This document shows positions 18,070 to 24,765 of a DNA stretch of 24,765 nt, piece after piece. This DNA is from Candidatus Fraserbacteria bacterium (GTDB lineage: Bacteria; Bipolaricaulota; Bipolaricaulia; RBG-16-55-9; JANLFV01), in NCBI GenBank assembly GCA_037446135.1, contig JBBIJD010000013.1, positions 1 through 24,765 on the forward strand, read 5' to 3'. Made by a program: the position numbers and the translations under genes. Under the pieces are notes generated by a model. The model saw only the letters and a list, made by a program, of their open reading frames with translations, ran no database searches and had not been told where the DNA came from. Position 1 is the first letter of the stretch. Every line of letters starts with the position of its first letter.

Positions 18070-18095
18070 CACCCACCCCCAGGAGGGGTGGGGTA
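18070..18095. promoter_or_regulatory. CsoR-like operator copy 4
   Basis: CACCCACCCCC-AGGA-GGGGTGGGGTA, 4 nt after the -10 box and followed by SD GGAAGGAGGAG. Confidence 0.75.
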
Positions 18096-18109
18096 GGAAG
18101 GAGGAGAAG

Positions 18110-18796
18110 ATGCAGGGGAATCCCAAGGCTTGGGCGGTAGTCGGGACTCTAGCCCTGGCGTTACTCCTCGGCGGGGCCTTCGCCTTCACCTCTGCTGCCC
18201 CCTGGGGGCGCGGCTTTGGGGGGATGATGGGCATGGGCGGCTGCCCTGGGCCGTGGTGGAGCTACAGCCAGCAGGCCCAAGGGCCAGTAAATTCTATCGA
18301 CCAGGCGATCGCGGTGGCCCAGAATTACCTCGCCTCGCTGGGCAATCCGGACCTGATGCTGGCTGAGGTGATGCAGTTCACTAACCACTTCTACGCCGAG
18401 GTCAGCGAGCGGAGCACCGGGATCGGGGCCTTCGAGTTCCTCATCGACTCGGTGAGCGGGGCGATCCACCCCGAGCCGGGGCCGAACATGATGTGGAACA
18501 CCAAGTATGGCCACATGGGCGGGATGATGGGGAGCTTCACTTTTGGAGAGCCGACGGCCCAGATGCCGGTCACTCCGGAGCAGGCAAGGCAGCTCGCCCA
18601 GCAGTTCCTCGACGGCTACCTCCCCGGGACCGTAGCGGATGAGGAAGTCACCACCTTCTACGGCTACTACACCATCCATGTGCTTCAAGGCGGCCAGATC
18701 TACGGGATGCTCTCGGTCAACGGTGTCGGCGGCCAGGTCTGGTATCACAATTGGCACGGCCGGTTCCTGGGGATGTGGGAAGCTGAGGAGCACTGA
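18110..18796 (+). CDS. Exported Met/Gly-rich protein with two PepSY-like repeats
   Basis: Signal peptide, GGMMGMGGC, SIDQAIAVAQNYL and TPEQARQLAQQFL repeats, EPGPNMMWNTKYGHMGGMM, GQVWYHNWHG. Confidence 0.75.
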   Translation: MQGNPKAWAVVGTLALALLLGGAFAFTSAAPWGRGFGGMMGMGGCPGPWWSYSQQAQGPVNSIDQAIAVAQNYLASLGNPDLMLAEVMQFTNHFYAEVSERSTGIGAFEFLIDSVSGAIHPEPGPNMMWNTKYGHMGGMMGSFTFGEPTAQMPVTPEQARQLAQQFLDGYLPGTVADEEVTTFYGYYTIHVLQGGQIYGMLSVNGVGGQVWYHNWHGRFLGMWEAEEH

Positions 18797-18898
18797 TCGA
18801 GCTGATCCTGCCGGGGGGCTGGGGCTTATCTTGCATTTTTATTTGCCCCGGCCCCGTTCTCCTAGTATCGTAATCCTCAAGGAGGGAGGTTATCTTAG

Positions 18899-19231
18899 AT
18901 GCCCTGGTGCCACCTCTTCCTAATGATGCCGCTCTTCAGCCTCGCCGCCTTCGTCTTCCTCCCCTGGGCCACGGCCCTCCCCTTGTATCTGGTGATCTCG
19001 GTGGCCTCGCTCCTCATCTACACGAAGATCATCAAGGCCCTCCATGCCCCGGTGGCCACGGGCCGCGAGGGGATGATCGGCCGGGAGGCCTTGATAATCT
19101 TGGAAAAGCTCATCAACTACCACAGCGAGCTGTGGGAGGCTTCCTCTCAGGAAGAACTCCGTCCCGGCGAACGGGTGCAGGCTGTCGTCGCCAGGCCTGA
19201 GGAGGGGGTGAAGGATGGCACTGGAGCCTGA
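18899..19231 (+). CDS. Short NfeD-like membrane protein (possibly internally deleted)
   Basis: Two hydrophobic helices, then TGREGMIGREA...ELWEASSQEELRPGERV. SD GGAGGT. Confidence 0.6.
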   Translation: MPWCHLFLMMPLFSLAAFVFLPWATALPLYLVISVASLLIYTKIIKALHAPVATGREGMIGREALIILEKLINYHSELWEASSQEELRPGERVQAVVARPEEGVKDGTGA

Positions 19232-19982
19232 GGCCGAGGCCACCACTAGGGTCCGGAAGCGCTATGATCGGCTCGCCCCGGTCTACGATCTGATGGAAGC
19301 GCTGATGGAGCGGACCGCCCAGAAGTGGCGGCGGCTCCTCTGGGAAGGGGTCGAAGGCGAGAAGATCCTAGAGGTCGGCGTAGGCACGGGGAAGAACATG
19401 CCCTACTACCCTGGGGGCTCGAAGATCACGGCGATCGACCTGAGCGCGAAGATGCTTGAGCGGGCGCGGCGGCGGGCGGAGCGGTTGGGGATCGCGGTGG
19501 AGCTTCGCCAGATGGACGCCCAGGCCCTCGATCTCCCCGATAACTCGTTCGACACCGTGGTGGCGACCTTCGTCTTCTGCTCGATGCCCGATCCGGTCCG
19601 CGGTTTGCGGGAGCTGGGGCGGGTGGCCAAGCCGAAGGGGAAGATCCTCCTCCTGGAACACATGCGTCCCGAAAGCCCATGGCTGGGCAAGCTCTTCGAT
19701 CTGCTTAACCCCATCACTGCACGGCTCTTCGGGTTCAACATCAACCGCCGCACGCTGGAGAACATCCGCAAGGCGAGGCTGGAGCTCGAGCGGATGCAGA
19801 GTTTGGACCGGCTGGGGATCTTCAAGCTGATCGTGGCCCGGCCGGGGTCAGCTTCGATATACCAATGCCCGGAGTGTGGGCTGGAGTATAAAGAGAAAGA
19901 ATGGGCCGAAGAATGCGAAAGGTGGTGCAAGGAGCATAGGAGCTGCAACCTGGGGATAATAAAGCGTTCGGTGAGGAGGTGA
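19215..19982 (+). CDS. Class I SAM methyltransferase with fused C-terminal five-Cys domain
   Basis: YDRLAPVYD, LEVGVGTGKN, DAQAL, TFVFCSMPDP, LLEH; tail YQCPECG...EECERWCKEHRSCNL. Confidence 0.85.
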   Translation: MALEPEAEATTRVRKRYDRLAPVYDLMEALMERTAQKWRRLLWEGVEGEKILEVGVGTGKNMPYYPGGSKITAIDLSAKMLERARRRAERLGIAVELRQMDAQALDLPDNSFDTVVATFVFCSMPDPVRGLRELGRVAKPKGKILLLEHMRPESPWLGKLFDLLNPITARLFGFNINRRTLENIRKARLELERMQSLDRLGIFKLIVARPGSASIYQCPECGLEYKEKEWAEECERWCKEHRSCNLGIIKRSVRR

Positions 19983-19988
19983 AGCGCA

Positions 19989-20108
19989 ATGAATCAAGAA
20001 AAGAGCAGCGCTCCCATAGCAGCCAGGTGGCGATGGTGGCTGGCAGTGGCAGGCTGTCTGGCGTCAGCGGAAAAGAAAGGAGTATCAAATGGCCGATTAC
20101 AGCTATAG
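19989..20108 (+). pseudogene. Short ORF, possible 5' remnant of a membrane protein gene
   Basis: SD GAGGAGGTGA lies 6 nt before ATG. MNQEKSSAPIAARWRWWLAVAGCLA then runs out of frame into the DUF302 gene. Confidence 0.35.
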
Positions 20109-20475
20109 CAGGAAGGTCGAGGCCTCCTTCGAAGAGGCCCTGCAGAGGGCGAAGGCGGAGCTAGCGGAGGAGGGCTTCGGGGTCCTGATGGAGATTGATG
20201 TTCGCGAGACCTTGAAGGCGAAGCTGGGGGTGGATTTTCCCAAATATGTGATCCTGGGGGCCTGCAATCCCTCGAATGCCCACCGGAGCCTCCAGCTGGA
20301 GCGGGAGATCGGGCTGCTCCTCCCCTGCAACTTGATCGTCTATGAGCATGAAGGGAAGACCCATGTGGCGATGCTCAAGCCGACCGCGGCCCTCGGGATC
20401 GTGGGCAACGCGGCGCTGGACGGGCTCGCCCGCGAGGTCGAGGAGAGGCTCAAGCGGGCGCTCGATCAGGTCTGA
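20089..20475 (+). CDS. DUF302 domain protein
   Basis: EGFGVLMEIDVRETLKAKLG, YVILGACNP, IGLLLPCNLIV. SD AAAGGAG. Confidence 0.9.
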   Translation: MADYSYSRKVEASFEEALQRAKAELAEEGFGVLMEIDVRETLKAKLGVDFPKYVILGACNPSNAHRSLQLEREIGLLLPCNLIVYEHEGKTHVAMLKPTAALGIVGNAALDGLAREVEERLKRALDQV

Positions 20476-20492
20476 GATTGAGAGAGAGATAT

Positions 20493-20867
20493 ATGAGCAA
20501 CTCGCATGCAGAGAGGCCCGTGACGGCCTTCGTCCTCTCGCTCCTCGCTGGCCTGTGGATGCTCCTCGCCGGTGGCGCGATGATGGGCAGCGCCGGCTGG
20601 GGCTCGATGGGTCCGGGGATGATGGGTGGAGGCGGGATGGGCTGGATGTGGGGCCACGGGGTGATCGGCTGGTGGCCTTGGCTGGGCCTCCTCGCCGGGA
20701 TCATCGTTTTGATCGGCGCGGCGATGCTCTATGCCAAGCCAGCTCAGAGCCAGGGCTGGGGGATCGTCATCCTGGTCGCCTCGGCGCTCAACCTCTTCCT
20801 GGGGATGGGCGGCCTTTTGGCGAGCTTGCTCGGGATCGTCGCCGGGGCGTTGGCCCTCACTAAATGA
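20493..20867 (+). CDS. Small membrane protein with Met/Gly-rich loop
   Basis: About four hydrophobic segments with AMMG...[20 protein letters not shown] after the first; tightly packed between DUF302 and copB. Confidence 0.75.
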   Translation: MSNSHAERPVTAFVLSLLAGLWMLLAGGAMMGSAGWGSMGPGMMGGGGMGWMWGHGVIGWWPWLGLLAGIIVLIGAAMLYAKPAQSQGWGIVILVASALNLFLGMGGLLASLLGIVAGALALTK

Positions 20868-20868
20868 A

Positions 20869-23127
20869 ATGGCCCACCGTGAGGTCACCCTAGCCCTGAA
20901 GGATTACCTCGAGCCGGAGTGCCCCTGCGGGCTGGAGGAGCGCATCCGGGCCATACCGGGCGTCCACGACGTCCGGATCAACCCCGTGGCCGACACGGTG
21001 CACCTGGCCTACGACCCCGAGGTGCTGGAGCTGGAACACCTCAAACACCACCTGGCCCGGCTGGGCTGCCGCTGTGAGGGCGGGCCGGACCGCCCGGCAA
21101 AGGCCCATATGGAACACGAGCACCACAAGGCCGAAGGACATGACCACCACGCGATGATGGAGGCCGACTTCCGCCGCCGCTTCTGGGTCGTGCTGGCCTT
21201 CACCGTCCCTATACTGCTCCTCTCGCCCACGATCCAGGGGTGGCTCGGCTTCCGGCTGGCCTTCCCCGGAGGACGGTATCTCCTGTTCGCCCTAGCCACG
21301 ATCGTCGTCTTCTACGGCACCTGGCCCTTCTACCGCGGGGCGCGGAAGGCCCTCCACCGCGGGGTCCTGGACATGAGCGTCTTGGTGAGTCTGGCCGTCT
21401 CCGCGGGTTATCTCTTCAGCGTCGGCTCGACCTTCCTCTTCACCGGGATCGACTTCTACTGGGAGATCAGCACCCTGGTGGCCGTCTTGCTCCTCAGCCA
21501 CTGGCTGGAGATGCGCGCGGTCCGCGGGACCGCGGGGGCGCTGCGGGAGCTGGTCCAGCTCATCCCGCCCACGGCCAACCGCCTGGTGGACGACCGAGTG
21601 GAGGAGGTGCCCACGGCAGAACTGGGCATCGGCGACCTCCTCCTGGTCCGCCCGGGGGAGAAGGTCCCGATCGACGGCGAGGTCGTCGAGGGGGAGAGCA
21701 GCGTGGACGAGTCGATGATCACCGGGGAATCGAAGCCCGTGCCCAAGGGGCCGGGCGATGAGGTGATCGGCGGGACGCTCAACGGCGAAGGGGCGCTCCG
21801 GGTCCGGGTGACCCGCACTGGGGAGGATACGGCCCTAGCCCAGATCGTAAAATTAGTGAAGGAGGCCCAGGCCTCCAAGCCCAAGATCCAGCGGCTGGCC
21901 GACCGCGCGGCCCACTGGCTGACGATCATCGCCGTGATAGTCGGCCTGGGGACCTTCCTCTTCTGGACCCTGGCCACGGCCCAGCCGCTCGTCTTCGCCT
22001 TGACCCTGGCGGTCACCGTCCTGGTGATCGCCTGTCCCCACGCCCTCGGGCTGGCCATCCCCGTGGTCACGGCCATCTCCACCACTCTTGGGGCGCGCCA
22101 GGGGATGCTCATTCGGAACGCCGAGGCCGCCGAGACCGCGAGGCGACTCGAGGCGGTGATCTTCGACAAGACGGGGACCCTCACCCGGGGCGAGTTCGGC
22201 GTCACCGATGTCGTCTCCCTGGCCGACTGGGACGGAGAGACCCTCCTCCGGCGGGTCGCGGCCGTGGAGGTCAATTCCGAGCATGTGATCGCCCGGGGGA
22301 TCGTGGCCGCGGCGGGGAGCGGCCTGAACCTGCCCAAGGTCCGGGACTTCCGCGCCCTCCCCGGCAAGGGCGTCCAGGCGGAGGTGGAGGGGGTCGCCCT
22401 GGCCGTGGGCAACCGCGCCCTGCTGGAGGAGCTAGGCCTCTCAATCCCGGACGACCCCCGGCTAGCTGAGCTCGGCCGCCAGGGGAAGACCGTGGTCTAC
22501 GCCGCCGCGGACGGCCGCTTGGCGGGAGCGATCGGCCTGGCCGACCTCATCCGGGAGGAGTCCCGCGAGGCGGTGACGGCCCTCAAGCGGCTGGGGGTCG
22601 AGGTGGCGATGCTCACCGGGGACAGCCGGGCCGTGGCCGAATGGGTCGCCGGGGAGCTCGGCCTGGATGTGGTCTTCGCCGAGGTCAAGCCGGAGGAGAA
22701 GGCGGCCAAGGTGAAGGAGCTCCAGTCCCAGGGGAAGGTCGTGGCGATGGTCGGGGACGGGATCAACGACGCCCCGGCCCTTGTCCAGGCCGATGTAGGG
22801 ATCGCCATCGGGGCGGGGACCGATGTGGCGATCGAGTCGGCGGATGTCGTCCTGGTCAAGAACGACCCCCGGGATGTGGTCAAGCTGATCCGCCTCTCCC
22901 GAGCGACGATGCGCAAGATGCGGCAGAACTTGGCCTGGGCTACAGGCTACAACGCCGTAGCCATCCCTGCGGCCGCCGGGGTCTTCTACCCCTTGGGGGT
23001 GGTCCTCCGCCCGGAGTGGGGGGCGTTGATCATGGCCGCGAGCACGATCATCGTCGCCGCTAATGCCCTCTTGCTGCGGCGGACCCCTCTTCTACCCCTT
23101 GCCAATCGAGCGGAGGCGGGCCAGTGA
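20869..23127 (+). CDS. copB: P1B-3-type copper-transporting ATPase
   Basis: TGES, CPH in the membrane, [20 protein letters not shown], His-rich segment [15 protein letters not shown]. Start placed at ATG 20869 because the track's earlier start overlaps the previous gene. Confidence 0.92.
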   Translation: MAHREVTLALKDYLEPECPCGLEERIRAIPGVHDVRINPVADTVHLAYDPEVLELEHLKHHLARLGCRCEGGPDRPAKAHMEHEHHKAEGHDHHAMMEADFRRRFWVVLAFTVPILLLSPTIQGWLGFRLAFPGGRYLLFALATIVVFYGTWPFYRGARKALHRGVLDMSVLVSLAVSAGYLFSVGSTFLFTGIDFYWEISTLVAVLLLSHWLEMRAVRGTAGALRELVQLIPPTANRLVDDRVEEVPTAELGIGDLLLVRPGEKVPIDGEVVEGESSVDESMITGESKPVPKGPGDEVIGGTLNGEGALRVRVTRTGEDTALAQIVKLVKEAQASKPKIQRLADRAAHWLTIIAVIVGLGTFLFWTLATAQPLVFALTLAVTVLVIACPHALGLAIPVVTAISTTLGARQGMLIRNAEAAETARRLEAVIFDKTGTLTRGEFGVTDVVSLADWDGETLLRRVAAVEVNSEHVIARGIVAAAGSGLNLPKVRDFRALPGKGVQAEVEGVALAVGNRALLEELGLSIPDDPRLAELGRQGKTVVYAAADGRLAGAIGLADLIREESREAVTALKRLGVEVAMLTGDSRAVAEWVAGELGLDVVFAEVKPEEKAAKVKELQSQGKVVAMVGDGINDAPALVQADVGIAIGAGTDVAIESADVVLVKNDPRDVVKLIRLSRATMRKMRQNLAWATGYNAVAIPAAAGVFYPLGVVLRPEWGALIMAASTIIVAANALLLRRTPLLPLANRAEAGQ

Positions 23128-23152
23128 AACCCACCCGAGGTCGGGTGGGAAG
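23127..23152. promoter_or_regulatory. CsoR-like operator copy 5, or RNA hairpin, at the copB stop
   Basis: AAACCCACCCG-AGGT-CGGGTGGGAAG. Confidence 0.55.
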
Positions 23153-23230
23153 GGCGGGACGGCCCAAATCAGCGGCCGGCTCAGCTAAGTTATCGGGTGG
23201 AGCGCCCCGTTGAATTCAAGTCCCGGGATC

Positions 23231-23259
23231 TTGACAGATCTGTCTGAAGGGGTTATACT
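23231..23259 (+). promoter_or_regulatory. Sigma70 promoter
   Basis: TTGACA-17 nt-TATACT. Confidence 0.82.
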
Positions 23260-23263
23260 GGGT

Positions 23264-23289
23264 TAACCCACCCGATCTGGGATGGGGTA
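23264..23289. promoter_or_regulatory. CsoR-like operator copy 6
   Basis: TAACCCACCCG-ATCT-GGGATGGGGTA, 4 nt after the -10 box and followed by SD GAGGAGG. Confidence 0.75.
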
Positions 23290-23304
23290 GAGGAGGGATG
23301 TGAC

Positions 23305-24030
23305 ATGTATGGGTGGAAGTTGTGGACAACGGTTGGGATCGTGGCCCTGGTGGGGCTACTGTTAGGTGTAGGTGGAGGATACCTGTTCACCTCGGAGAGG
23401 GCCGAGGCCCAGATGCAGACCCCGCAGGCGGCGAACGGGGAAGCTCTGGAGCGGATCGCCGCGGCCTTGGAGCGGATTGCGGCGGCGCTGGAGAAGGGGA
23501 GCGGCAGCCCCGGGATGATGGGGTCGGGGATGATGCAGGCCTGCCCGCAGATGATGGGCGGGATGGTGGCCCCGGGAGGAGGCCCCGGCCCAAGCGCGAT
23601 GGAGCAGGGGATGATTCCCCAAGTCCCAGGCCGGCCTTCGGAGGCCACCCTCACTCGCACGACCAGTGGAGCGGGGATCGAGGTCAGCGCCACCTACATG
23701 AACCCCCTGCTAGAGCCGGAGGAGGCCGGAGGCAAGCTGATCTTCAAGGTGGCCCTGAACACCCATTCTGGGAACCTGCTGCAGTTCGATCTGACTGAGC
23801 TGGCAGTCCTGCGGACCAGCGAGGGGTTCATCATCGATGAGGGCTTCATCTGGGAGGCCTTGAGCGAGTCGGGCCACCACCGCCTGGGGTATCTCGAGGT
23901 GGAGGCGGTCCGCGACGGCCGGCCCCTGATCGGCCCGGAAACTCAATACATCGAGCTGGAGCTGAAAGGGATCGGCATCCCCTCAAGGACCTTCAAGTGG
24001 GAATTAGCGACCCTGTCCCCGAGCCCTTAG
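23305..24030 (+). CDS. Exported/anchored Met-rich protein with NTHS...GHH C-terminal domain
   Basis: Signal anchor, ALERIAA repeat, GMMGSGMMQACPQMMGGM, FKVALNTHSGNL, SGHHRLG. Confidence 0.78.
   Translation: MYGWKLWTTVGIVALVGLLLGVGGGYLFTSERAEAQMQTPQAANGEALERIAAALERIAAALEKGSGSPGMMGSGMMQACPQMMGGMVAPGGGPGPSAMEQGMIPQVPGRPSEATLTRTTSGAGIEVSATYMNPLLEPEEAGGKLIFKVALNTHSGNLLQFDLTELAVLRTSEGFIIDEGFIWEALSESGHHRLGYLEVEAVRDGRPLIGPETQYIELELKGIGIPSRTFKWELATLSPSP
23443..23493 (+). repeat. Imperfect 21-bp in-frame tandem repeat
   Basis: Encodes ALERIAA-ALERIAA-ALE, a heptad coiled-coil pattern. Confidence 0.6.
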
Positions 24031-24110
24031 ATGGAATGCGAAAGGGTCTGATCACCATGGTGCCCGCTGCGCCGGGCAAAGAGGGAGAAAGCGAGGCGGG
24101 GGCAGGCGAG

Positions 24111-24145
24111 AAGGGTGGGGAGCCGTCCTCTGGCTCCCCACCCTT
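24111..24145. repeat. Perfect 14-bp inverted repeat
   Basis: AAGGGTGGGGAGCC-gtcctct-GGCTCCCCACCCTT, without a long U tract. Confidence 0.8.
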
Positions 24146-24147
24146 GG

Positions 24148-24203
24148 ATGACTCTTCCGTTGACCGGCGAATATCATGGCTCAGCCTCACCTCGGGTGGG
24201 GTA
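24148..24203 (+). promoter_or_regulatory. Probable copA promoter and CsoR-like operator copy 7
   Basis: ATGACT-18 nt-TATCAT, then GGCTCAGCCTC-ACCT-CGGGTGGGGTA (24178-24203; right arm matches, left arm degenerate). Confidence 0.55.
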
Positions 24204-24218
24204 AGCGAGGCGCAGGAA

Positions 24219-24765
24219 ATGGGCAAGAGCAAGAGAGAGCTGAAGATCAAGGGGATGACCGGCGAGCACTGTGTCAAGACGGTGACCGAAACCCTGAAGA
24301 GGGTCGAGGGGGTCGTCGAGGTCGCAGTCTCCCTGAAGGAGGGGCTCGCCGAAGTGGTGCTCCAAGATGGCACCCCGCTCGAGGAGCTGCGAGAGGCGGT
24401 GGTTGAAGCCGGCTATGAGGTGGAGATGAACGACAAGGACCCTCAAGCTGCGGTCAGACCGCCGACGAAGCCCGCTGAGAAGGCTAAGGGGCCGGGAAAG
24501 CTCGAACTCCCGATTACTGGGATGAGTTGCGCCTCCTGCGTGGTCAAGATCGAGAAGGGCCTCGCCGCGCTGGACGGGGTGATCGCGGCCAAGGTCAACC
24601 TGGCCACGGAGCGGGCCTCAGTGGAATTCGACCCCGAGCGGGTCCGGCCGGAGGACCTGATCAAGACCATCGCAGGGTTGGGCTACGAGGTGAGGTTGGA
24701 TAAGATCACTCTCTCGATCCAGGGGATGACCTGCGCCTCCTGCGTCAAGAAGGTCGAAGACGCTT
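24219..24765 (+). CDS. copA: Multi-HMA-domain protein, probably the N-terminus of Cu(I) ATPase CopA (runs off window)
   Basis: Manual translation shows three HMA repeats, GMTGEHC, GMSCASC and GMTCASC, with VNLATERASVEFDP; the frame is open to the window end. Confidence 0.8.
   Translation, partial: MGKSKRELKIKGMTGEHCVKTVTETLKRVEGVVEVAVSLKEGLAEVVLQDGTPLEELREAVVEAGYEVEMNDKDPQAAVRPPTKPAEKAKGPGKLELPITGMSCASCVVKIEKGLAALDGVIAAKVNLATERASVEFDPERVRPEDLIKTIAGLGYEVRLDKITLSIQGMTCASCVKKVEDA

Noticed and set aside
13139..24203. The 26-bp palindromes as CRISPR repeats or IS ends
   Set aside because: Spacing is irregular (0.1-5 kb), whole genes lie between copies, and no cas or transposase gene is present.
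24036..24218. In-frame N-terminal extension of copA from ATG 24036
   Set aside because: No good SD, low-complexity translation, and it crosses a hairpin, promoter and operator; ATG 24219 is preferred.

Overview
GC-rich bacterial DNA (roughly 60-65% by eye; lineage cannot be established here). Bases 1-10017 are housekeeping: partial yjbQ, an EF-G2-like GTPase, comEA with a coupled gene carrying a phage MuF-like Cys/His motif, an RpoD-type sigma factor, murE with altered substrate-pocket residues, gyrB, arfB, thiI and a NifU-like protein. Bases 10026-24765 form a copper/thiol-redox island: FTR1 permease, thioredoxin-CcdA fusion, two DUF1573 proteins, DsbA, a TRASH-like mini-protein, Met/His-rich exported proteins, DUF302, CopB and the start of CopA. 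A 26-bp GC-tract palindrome (about TAACCCACCC[C/G]-ANNT-[G/C]GGGTGGGGTA) occurs seven times in the island, five times just downstream of a sigma70 -10 box. It resembles a CsoR-family operator and would place several uncharacterised genes in one regulon. A methyltransferase-mccB-mccA (Met-to-Cys) operon sits inside the island behind a ~315-nt leader with a Cys-ending mini-ORF, mutually exclusive RNA folds, a terminator-like hairpin and an anti-SD stem; I could not match this leader to a known riboswitch or T-box. Several apparent deletion scars are present. No rRNA, tRNA, CRISPR array or transposase was recognised. All calls come from reading motifs by eye, without database searches.
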